A DNA stretch of 64,000 nt from Hemiscyllium ocellatum (lineage: Eukaryota), in the NCBI RefSeq assembly GCF_020745735.1, contig NC_083413.1:20336001-20400000 (forward strand), given 5' to 3'. The stretch's first letter is position 1. Every line of letters starts with the position of its first letter. This document shows, piece after piece, positions 48,401 to 59,377 of this stretch. A program made the position numbers and the translations under genes. The notes under the pieces were generated by a model. It made no database searches, was not told the DNA's origin, and saw only the letters and a program-made list of their open reading frames with translations.

Positions 48401-50403
48401 TTAATCTATTCACCGTCCTTGCAGAACCTGCGCAGGGGACAGTGAAGGAGTTTAGGGAAAAGGGAGAGAGAAAGCCGAATGCATGCCTAAGATGGCACTG
48501 AATAATGCAATATTGAACACTTTTCACTGTCCTCCTGTATCTCTGTACTTGAGTACACATGGCAATAAAATCTCCTTCTAATTTTAAATCTAAAATTCTT
48601 AGTTGCATTGTACCGTTGAGCGAGTAGTGTTTGACAGCATAAATAATATTACAATTTTGCTGACTATCGGATGTGAGCGAGGGTACTTGGATACTATTCC
48701 ACAAATCTTTGGACAATTTGGAGTTTAGCTTGTATCCACTGTGCTCAGTTGTTTCTCGACATCTAGATTGCTCAGTTACTGAGGTCTGAAGTCCGGGAAT
48801 GGGGTTGTAGTGTTGGTTTACTGGTTAGCTCTACTGAGCTGAAAATGTTTGAAAATATTTGAATGCATACATGATGCGTTCCACTATCATTGAAGTCGGA
48901 CAGGTTCATGGATCACCTAGTTCTTTTGACATGGAAGCTTGATCACCAACACACACGACGGTATGTGACAGAGACAATCACAGGCACACATTTTCCTGTG
49001 GCAGAAGATTGGTCAATCATAGGATCAAGGCCTCGCATGTGAAATATAATATCCAGAGAATTGTTTGATCCTGAATGTGCTGAGCGAAGGGGTGGATACA
49101 ATGCATTGAACAGTCAACATTGAAAACAACTATTTGCATAATATTCGACGGGAAAAAGAACTTACAGGTCACAGTGGAAGAGACGGGTTCCCGTCTGTGT
49201 AACATACCCCCAACAATGATAAATTCCGTGCGTGTTACGTTATGTATCCAATATATGGGTAACACGGGTTTCCTTTGTTTTAGATTCCACGTGCGCTTTG
49301 CTCAGAACCTTGTCCTCCCGGAACAAGAAAGGTCAGCCGGAAAGGTCAGCCAATATGTTGTTTTGACTGCGCAGAGTGCGCCGATGGTGAGATTAGCAAC
49401 ACCACAGGCAAGTACATACATGGAGTCGAATAAATGCTATCTTGTGGACTATATGTTTTTGCGTATTAAAACGAAGAATATTTCATTCTTTCAGATTCCA
49501 CCGATTGCGTGAAATGCCCTTTGGAATACTGAGCCAACCGGCAAAAAGAACGTTGTGTTCCCAAAACGATTGAATTTCTTTCCTTCCAAGAGGTTCTGGG
49601 CTATGTTTTAGTGGCACTTGTTGTAGTGGGCGTGTGCCTTTCACTAGGTGCAGCTGCTGTATTCTTCCAGCATCCGGAAACCCCTGTCATTCGAGCGAAC
49701 AATTCGGAGCTGAGCTTCCTCCTTCTCTTTGCACTAACGCTTTGCTTCCTGTGCTCACTTACCTTCATTGGGAAACCGACCGGATGGTCCTGCATGTTGC
49801 GGCGGACTGCGTTTGCAATCGCATTTGTTCTCTGTATTTCATGTATTTTGGGGAAAACTGTTCTTGTTGTGGTCGCGTTTAAAGCAACTCTTCCCAACAA
49901 CAACTTGATGAACTGGTTTGGACCCATGCAGCAACGGTTAGGCGTGTTCGTTCTTACATTTCTTCAAGGTTTAATTTGCACAATCTGGCTCATTGTATCA
50001 CCTCCTTATCCAAAGAAAAACATGACCTATTATAGAGACGTCATTATTTTGGAATGTGAAGTGGGCTCTTTAAAAGCCTTTTATTTTGTATCCAGTTATA
50101 TTGGTCTTCTCTGCACTGTATGCTTCCTGCTAGCTTTTCTTGCCCGGAAATTTCCAGATAATTTCAACGACGCGAAGTATATAACTTTCAGTATGCTGAT
50201 CTTCTGTGCTGTTTGGATCACTTTTATTCCGGCTTATGTCAGCTCTCCTGGAAAGTACACGGTGGCTGTCGAAGTGTTTGCTATTTGGGCGTCGAGCTTT
50301 GGTTTACTTGTCTGCATTTTTGCTCCGAAATGTTATATTATCTTAGTGAAATTGGGAAAAAAAATACGAAGAAAAACATGATGGGCAAAACGTCTTCACT
50401 ATA
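45451..50403 (+). pseudogene. V2R pseudogene D: 3' half of exon 3 (45451-45858), exon 4 (46663-46889), exon 5 (49284-49407), exon 6 (49495-50403)
   Basis: TAG at 45853 (PWQ>P*Q); exon 4 is 227 bp (1-bp deletion); TGA at 49530-49532; A-run frameshift near 50360; exons 1-2 and 5' half of exon 3 missing. Confidence 0.92.
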
Positions 50404-51479
50404 GTTCTAAATCTCCTTTATTTCTCTTCGCACAATATTCAATCTGGTGATTGCCGTTCGAAAATAAATATTTATTGCTCATTCAATATTTCCATTTATT
50501 TTCGATAGCCTTTTGGTTTTGTTCTAATAAAGATGTAGTTTACTTCGATTTTGTTGTATATGAAGGCTATTTTATAGCCTGGTGCACTGATACTGGCATT
50601 TTGTGTTGGTCTGTGTTGTAGCAGTCCATGACTAAAGTTGACAAGATGGTCACTTGCGGCTATTTAAATTCACACAAGACTGCCGAAAGGGATTGACAGT
50701 TGTATATAGCAGAAGTTCACATGCAAACGTGTGGTTTTCCCAGAGGAGGAGAGGATCAGATACTGCGTCGGAAGAAACAAGAAGGAAGTTAATCAGATTT
50801 CTGTAATTCGGCAGTTCGAAACATATAAGCATTTTAATAAGGGGCAGTTCTGAAAGGCGGAGCTTAGCCGTTTTCCCTAGCTTGTTACTTCGGGAAGAGT
50901 GGAGAGGAAAGTCTGATGTCACAGTGTCCTGACAGGTTTGGGTAATTGTAGAATTAGAAAGGCAAGCAAACTATCATTGTGAAAACGTTAGTAGCATTCC
51001 TTTAGCAAGTATTTTTAGGCAGTAAAGAGACCCAGTTCATTACTAGGGAAGATACAGTAATAAGTGGGGTAAACACGACCTCCAAAAAATTATTGGTACA
51101 GGAGGGCAGAAGAAGGTTGTAAAAAGACAAGTCACGATTCAGGAGAAATAAACAATAGAAACTCAAGTGCAGAGATAGATATAGATCCTCGGCACAACAT
51201 CGTAGGCCGAAGGGCCTGTTCTATGCCGTACTTTTCTATGTTCTATGTTCTAGATAAATTGAAGAGATGATTCCACCCAAATGTCAAAGAAAGAATGACA
51301 AAAATAGATTTCAAAATACAGAGTGGCCGTGTGGTTCTGCCCCCTTGTTATTTATGGAAACAATAAAGCTTCATTTAGAGACTTGGTAAAGTTGTGAAAT
51401 GATTGAACTTCGCCCTAAGCGGTATTGAACGATCCTGTGGCTTTCACAGATGTATTTTATCCTGATTTGTTTTAAGAGA

Positions 51480-54400
51480 TGTTTTATGGCAAGTGTGATG
51501 AACTGGCCAGTGAAAGTAAACTTCTTGAGAGGCTTTTTTAAAAGTTGGAACAATTGAAGCAACCTAGATGGATGTGGACTGCTCTCACATGCCAGGATTC
51601 CGAGTTTTGTTTTAGTTTTCCAGACATCTTGTGGAAGAGCTGGTGCTGAAGTGGGGTGGCCAAGGTCAACATTCATGCGACACCAGTTTATCGTCCAACA
51701 GATTTATTTGAAATCACAAGCTTTTGGAGCACTGCTTCTTTCGCAGATGAAATGATTATATGGCAAAAGTAATTTCACCTAAAGAAGGAAGTGCCCCGAA
51801 AGCTTGTGGTTTCAAATAAACCTGTGGTACAATAATCTGCTTTCAGGTGCCTTCTGACATTATTTTGTTTTAGTTTTAAGATTTTGCTGTTGAAGTCTCA
51901 CCAAGTTTGGAAGCTACTGTAAATATCTATTGGCTGCTGCTCTCTCTGGAGTTTTTGTTTGCTCCGCCCCCCTCCCCCACCTCCGTCTGTCTGCTACTGG
52001 GTTACATGTGATAAAAGTCTGATTTCTGAATTTGCCTTCTTGTCAAGGGATGTGTTTATGGGATGTGACTATATAGGAAGAATTAATTCATAATAGTTAC
52101 TGTATCTATTATCCTGTTAAATTTTCCAATAGAGTTAAATTATTATATTCTTCTTTCTTTTGTTATGTTTTAACTATAGTGTTTGATAAATTGTGTTATA
52201 CTTAACAATGAGTCTGTTACATTTGCCTTGAAAATAAGAAAACAATGAGGATCTTGGTTACCTTCTTGAAATATTGTCGGTAAGAACCTGGGGGGCGGGG
52301 GGTATCTGTGCAAGCATTGCTCTAGTTCAACGAGAAGAGTATAGAAGACTTTTTCATTTCTTTTGAAAGTAGGTGAACAAATGAAATGGCTGTTGACCAT
52401 GTGGGTATTGTTAATCCAACCAAAGATGATAGGTTGAGCTAGTGACCTATTTGCATCACTATTAGCGGAGTTATCAAGAGAGGAATGAAGGAAGCCATCT
52501 TAAGTGCATATGGTCTACTGCCAGAAGCCTGTAGATAATGTTTCAAATATCTAAGGAAGGGATCTGATCAAAAGTACATCGAGTCTGAAAATAGACCAAA
52601 TGCATGATGTTCCTTGAGAGATTGTTATTTTGGAAGAATTCAAAAATTCACGTCCTGATGTAATGAAAACTCATGAGGAAGAGCAGAAAGTTAAAAGTTC
52701 AAGATTAGCAGCCGAAATTGCAGATGATTATGAGCTGGCTTATAAGTCAAAGTTTGGCTTATGACATCAATTTCAGTCCATGGGGGGTAGAAATTGTGGA
52801 AAAGGGAAATCTTGAGGTGGTGGGAGAAAAAAGAGATCTCATTGAAGATTTTAAGGGTAGTGTACCACAGGGTAGAAAGGAAATCTATGAGGCAGAAAGA
52901 GAAAAGAAGAATGTTCAGGTGTTTTCACTGTAATAAAGTTGACCACGTGAGGTTGCAATGTTGGTGGTTTTCAAGAAACTGAAATGATGGATGTGGAAAA
53001 CAGTATAAGCCGATGAGCTTTGTTGAAGTAGTAAAGGAACATAGAACATAGAAAAATACAGCGCAGTACAGCCCCTTCGGCCCGCGATGTTGTGCCGACC
53101 GAAGCCTACCTAACCTACACTAGCCCAATAATCTCCATATGCTTATCCAATGCCCGCTTGAATGACCATAAAGAGGGAGAGTCCACCACTGATACTGGCA
53201 GGGCATTCCATGAAATCACAACTCGCTGAGTAAAGAATCTACCCCTAACATCTGTCCTATACCTACTACCCCTTAATTTAAAGCTGCGTCCCCTAGTAAC
53301 AGCTGACTCCATACGCGGAAAAAGGTTCTCACTGTCAACCCTATCTAAACCCCTAATCATCTTGTACACCTCTATCAAATCTCCCCTAAACCTTCTTTTC
53401 TCCAGTGAGAACAGCCCCAAGTGCCTCAGCCTTTCCTCATACGATCTTCTTACCATGCCAGGCAACATCCTGGTAAACCTCCTCTGCACCCGTCCCAGTG
53501 CCTCCACATCCTTCCTATAGTATGGCGACCAAAACTGCACACAATACTCCAGATGAGGCCGCACCAGAGTCTTATACAACTGCAACATGACCTCAGGACT
53601 CCGGAACTCAATTCCTCTACCAATAAAGCCCAGTACACCATATGCCTTCTTCACAGCACTATTTATCTGGGTGGCAACTTTCAGAGATCTGTGTACATGG
53701 ACACCAAGATCCCTCTGCTCATCCACACTACCAAGTAGCCTACCATTAGCCCAGTAATCCATCTTCTTGTTACTCCTACCAAAGTGAATGACTTCACACT
53801 TAGCTACATTGAACTCCATTTGCCACCTTTCTGCCCAACTCTGCAACTTATCTATATCCCACTGTAACCTGCCACATCCTTCTTCCCTGTCCACCACTCC
53901 ACTGACTTTCGTATCATCCGCAAACTTGTTCACCCAGCCTTCAAGCCCCTCCTCCAGGTCATTTATAAAAATGACAAACAGCAATGGTCCCAAAACAGAT
54001 CCTTGCAGAATACCGCTAGTAACTGCACTCCAAGATGAACCTTTACCATCAACTACTACCCTCTGTCTCCTTCCAGCCAGCCAATTCCCAATACAAACCT
54101 CTAATGCACCCTCAATGCCATACCTCCGTAATTTTTGCAGTAGCCTACCATGGGGTACCTTATCGAACGCCTTGCTAAAATCCTTATACACCACATCTAC
54201 TGCTTTACCCTCATCCACTTCCTTGGTGACCTTCTCAAAGAACTCAATAAGGTTTGTGAGGCACGACCTGCCCTTCACAAAACCATGCTGACTATCCTTG
54301 ATCACATTATTCCTATCCAGATGTTCATAAATCCTATCCCTTACAATTCTCTCTAAGACTTTGCCCACAACAGAAGTGAGACTCACTGGCCTATAATTAC

Positions 54401-56350
54401 TAGGGCTGTCCCTACTCCCCTTCTTCAACAAGGGGACCACATTCGCTATCCTCCAGTCTTCTGGCACTGTTCCTGTAGACAACAACGACATAAAAATCAA
54501 GGCCAATGGCTCTGCTATCTCCTCCCTAGCTTCCTAGAGGATCCTAGGATAAATGCCATCAGGCCCAGGGAACTTATCTATTTTCACCCTTTCCAGAATT
54601 TCCAACACATCGTCCCTACATACCTCAAAGCCATCCATTCTAATCACTTGTGACTCAATATTCACATCAGCAACAATGTCCTTTTCCTGAGTGAATACTG
54701 ACAAAAAGTATTGATTTAGTGTCTCTCCAATCTCCTCCACCTCCACGCACAACTTCCCACTACTATCCTTGACTGGACCAATACCTACCCTAGTCATCCT
54801 TTTATTCCTGACATATCTATAGAAAGCCTTTGGGTTTTTCCTAATCCTACCAACCAAGGACTTTACATGTCCCCTTCTCGCTGCTCTTAGCTCTCTCTTT
54901 AGATCCTTCCTGGCTACCTTATAACTCTCAATCGCCCCAATTGAACCTTCACGCCTCATCTTTACATAGGCCGCCCTCTTTCCTTTTACAAGGGATTCCA
55001 ATTCCTTATTAAACCACGGCTCCCTCACAAGACCCTTTCCTCCCTGCCTGACTGGTACATACTTATCAAGGACACCCAATAGCTACTCCTTGAACAAGCT
55101 CCACATATCATTTGTGTCCTTCCCTTGAAGCCTACTTTTCCAACCCACACATCCTAAGTCATGTCTCACCGCATCATAATTTCCCTGCCCCCAGCTATAA
55201 CTCCTGCCCTGCAGTGCACATTTATCCCTCTCCATCACTAGAGTAAAAGTCACCGAGTTGTGGTCACTGTCCCCGAAGTGCTCACCTACCTCCTGCACAC
55301 ATTGGACGAACACCGACCCATCTAACGAACTCGAGCTATAGCTTTCCCAGTCAATATCTGGGAAGTTAAAGTCCCCCATAACAACCACCCTATTACTTTC
55401 ACTCTTCTCCTGAATCATCCTTGCAATACTTTCCTCTACGTCTCTCAAACTATTAGGAGGCCTGTAGAAAACTCCTAACGGTGACCTCACCTTTCCTATT
55501 TCTAACCTCAGCCCAAACTACCTCAGATGGCAAGTCTTCCTCCATTGTCCTTTCCACCACTGTAATACTATCCTTGACAAGCAATGCCACACCTCCCCCT
55601 CTTATACCCCAGCTCTGACCCTACTAAAACATTTAAACCCTGGAACCTGCAATAGCCCTGGAAATCACAATGGAAACTAAAATTCTGCATCAGAATGTAT
55701 AACTTGGCCAGGGGCTGGTTGAGTAGAAAATCCAAGAAAAATGATCTCTTTAAATAATTTACCTGCAAAAGTAAGGTTTAGACATATATGTGAGGAGGAG
55801 TAGGTGAAAAAAAATAACATTTTTAGAAATACAGGAGCAAGTCAATCTTTGATAGTGAGAGATGTGGACATATGTAATTCAGAAGGATTATTGTCAAAAT
55901 AAAGGTGGTAATATGTGGAATTCATGATGAAACATGAAGTACTCCATTATATAAAATGAGGTTGCAGTGTGAAGAAGTGATGGCAGGAGTACTAGAGACA
56001 CTCTCGGCTCTAGGACTACCCTGTGTTGTTGAAAATGATATCACTGGATCACAAGTGAAAATGATATTTACTGTGATTGCGAAGCCAGTGGAACATCAGG
56101 CAACTAAGACATGACAGGAATATATTCTGTGATTTATCCTGACTGTATGATAATAAGTTCACAAAGCCATAAATTGAATCAGAAGGACAGATGAAAGAAG
56201 AAAGATAAGGAAATTGAATTTCCTGAGAGATGATGTTTGATGAAATTGTTGATAACAAGAAGAAGTGGCGAAGGACAAGTATGTATTTTTAGTTCAGAGA
56301 ATTTAACTGAATTCTAAGAGAAAGATGAAAAACTAAAGTTGCTGTATAAA
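51480..56350 (+). mobile_element. Decayed Gypsy (Gmr1-like) LTR retrotransposon: LTR-like 5' part, gag with CCHC knuckle, protease; split by CR1
   Basis: AILSAYGLLPEA (52494), ILEEFKNS, RLAAEIADDYEL, CFHCNKVDHVRLQC (CX2CX4HX4C, ~52920-52961), RNTGASQSL (~55826, RDTGA-type protease motif). Confidence 0.72.
53037..55655 (-). mobile_element. Young CR1 LINE (partial APE + uninterrupted 463-aa RT ORF 53115-54506), inserted in a Gypsy relic
   Basis: FYRPPN, VVMGDFNFP, GDSDH; NYRPVSLTS, QGSVLGPLLF, KFADD; (TTCTATG)n tail. Confidence 0.95.
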
Positions 56351-56519
56351 GAAGCTATGACTCAGTTCTAGGACCACCTCATCAATGCTGAAGCTTCCGG
56401 AAATCCAAACTCTCTCTGAAGTTGCCACCACCAGTTCATACTAGGCCCACTCATCAACTGCCTACTTGCTGGTGATGATGACATTACCACGACTGAGCTC
56501 TTCCACAAGAGTTTGATTT

Positions 56520-57313
56520 GGGGGTGCTGGTGTTGGACTTGGGTGTACAAAGTTAAAAATCACACAAACCTGCACCCAATGTGCCAACATTTTCATGCAC
56601 GAGTTCGAACAAGACTTCTTCTCTATGCAGGATCTCCAATCAACTCTTTACACCAGGTATATTGACGACATTTTCTTCCTCTAGACCCATGGTGAGGAGT
56701 CACTGAAACAACTACATAGTGATAACAACGAGTTTCATCCCACCATCAAACTCACCACGAACTACTCTCTAGTATTTGTCTCATTCTTGGACATATGCAT
56801 CTCCATCAAAGATGGGCACCTCAGCACCTCATTCTACCGCAAACCCACGGATAATCTCATGATGTTACACTTCTCCAACTTCTGCCATAAACATATCAAA
56901 ACAGCCATCCCCTATGGACAAGCACAGGATGTGTTCAAATGAGGAGGAAAATGACGGGTGCTTGGAAGTGCTCAAGGATGCCCTCATAAGAATGGGGTAT
57001 GATGCTCAACTCATCGACCACCAGTTCTGATGTGCCACAGCAAGAAACTGTAATGACCTCCTCAGGAGACCAACAAGACTTGCAACCGACAGGGTACACT
57101 TCAGTCCAGTACTTCCCAGGAGCCAAAAACTACATTCAAACTCAGACCTTTGGGTGACCATCCTCCAAGGTAGACTTCAGAACAAGCAGCAATTGCACAG
57201 TGGTCAAGCAGAGGCTGAACGCCATGTTCAGTACCCAAGGGGATGGCCTCAAACGAACCCTTGGGTTCAAGTCACACTACAGATGACCCCACAGCGTACT
57301 CTCCTTCTTTCTG

Positions 57314-57363
<50 letters not shown>

Positions 57364-58050
57364 ACAGTCCTACATACCCATACACTCACACAGATCCTCT
57401 CTCAAACACAAGATCTCTCATACACTCATACACACACGCCCACGCACACCCACACATGCACCATCTCACAGACTTATAGCACTTTCCACTCACACTCACA
57501 CACATACACGTACACATATTCTCTCACAGACACTCATACCCTACCCCTGCACACACACACTCACACACACACACACACACAAGTTTGTGGGGTGAATTTG
57601 TACTTGCAGAATTACGTTTTATTTAGCTCAAAATTTGCAGGAATCCATGTAAGATTATGTAAATCCCTTTTGTTTTTAGAAATTGAATCAGTGTGAACAT
57701 ATGGACGCAGACAACCTCATACAGGGCACCTCACGCCTTCAATGCATTATCTGGGCCGACATGGCACCTGTTGTTAAAGTTCACTTGAGATTGTAACTTT
57801 TAAAAAACATATTCTGGTATTTGCATATGAAAGAACTGAAACCAACATAGTCATTCTAAAAGATGAGAAATTTAACAAACAATCTAGGTCTTTTTCAATA
57901 TATAATTTCAGTTGCATCACACTGCAAACCTTTGTTATACATTCTGCGTCTTACGATTTTATACTCCACAACCACCTGCTGAAGGAACAATGCTCCAAAA
58001 GCTAGTGCTTCCAAATAAACCTGTTGAACTATAACCTGGTGTCTTGGATT
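56520..58050 (+). mobile_element. Penelope-like element fragment (Neptune-like RT, GIY-YIG C-terminal remnant, microsatellite-rich UTR, degenerate hammerhead at ~57973-58008)
   Basis: ANIFMHEFEQ, RYIDDIFF, FHPTIKLT, SFLD, FYRKPTD, AIPYGQA read from 56580-56925. Confidence 0.8.
57314..57580 (+). repeat. (CT)n(CA)n compound microsatellite and CA-rich tract
   Basis: Directly visible. Confidence 0.95.
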
Positions 58051-59168
58051 TTTAGCTTTCTGCAAGAGGTGTGTGAAAATATACAAAATTCTTAGGGAAC
58101 GTGACAGCCTAAATGCAGATAAGTCATTTACCCTTGTGCAAAATATAGTAGCACAGGGCTTAATCTCAGGATAGGTAGTCACCCATTTAAAACAGAGATA
58201 TGGAGGAGGAGAGTTGAAGATAGATTGGACAGACAAAGATTGCTTTCCTTAGAACAGAAGGGATTAAGAGTGGAAAAGACTGAGATACATAAAGTGACGA
58301 GAGGGTAGTTAGGGTAGACAGGAAAATATCTTTTACCCTTGATGGAGGAATCAGTGACGAAGAGCATAGATTTATGGTAAGGGACAGAAGGTAAAGAGGA
58401 GATGTGATTTTACAATCGTCTTTATAAACACGGTTGTGGGAGTTTGGAGCTCACTCTCTGTAAGGGTGGTAGAAGTAGAAACTCTCAAAACATTTATGTG
58501 CACTTTCCGTCCCAAGATACAGGCAAGTGATGGTTAATGGGATTACGATAGCTAGGTGCTTGGTTTTGACCAGCACTGACACAATGAGCTAATGGGCGTA
58601 TTCTATTCTGTAGAGCTATGTATTTCTTCACTCGGAGGGCAATAAACTTATGGAATTCTTCAACGTAGAGGAGTGTTCAGGGTGACCCTGAAGTATGTTC
58701 GAGTATATTAGATAGACAGATTTTGACTTAATTAAGGAATCAAGGTTTTTGGCGAAAATGAAATGAAATTGGAGTTGAAGGTTATCAATCAGTCATGATC
58801 AGACTCCATGGGCTGAACGTCCTGCTTTTGTCATAGTCTTTGTGACGATTATTAGCAGGATTAAGCCTTTTTTACATTCCTGTTATCTGATTGGAAAATT
58901 TTGACTCACTCGGGGTTTTAAATCCAATTATTATTACTTTCCGTAGACTCGGTCTGCAGAAATAATGAACATTGGCCGCATCAATGAAAGTGTCCCGCAA
59001 ACAAGTTGATTGTGCGGTGTTTCGGAGATGTAATTCCTTTCAGCAGTTCTCATGTGATTCGTTGCTGTGCGGCGCTGTGGGATGTCCTCGAGCCATGATG
59101 ATTTCGGTAAAACTGCGCGTTCTTGCTTGTACCGTTTAACGTAGTGACAGGTTCCTCGCAAGATAGTG

Positions 59169-59377
59169 ATGGTTTTGTTTCTGATATTCCAGTTGCTGGC
59201 TGTTGTACCTATACGAGAATCATGTGGCATGGTTTGCAAGCCTCGAACGAAAAATGACTTGCCGAATTTGACTGAAGATGGCGATGTTATCCTGGGCGGG
59301 ATATTTTCGTTAAATTTTGACGTGAATTATGATGTTTCTTCATTTGCCGTTACTCCATCAGACTTGTATTGTCAAAG
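59169..59377 (+). CDS. V2R gene E exon 1
   Basis: MVLFLIFQLLAVV..GDVILGGIF, donor AAG|GTAGG. Confidence 0.9.

Noticed and set aside
53115-54506. 463-aa ORF as a host gene
   Set aside because: CR1 reverse transcriptase inside a truncated element with upstream stop and deletion.
57154-57696. 180-aa His/Thr-rich ORF
   Set aside because: Translation of (CT)n/(CA)n microsatellites plus an out-of-frame PLE remnant.
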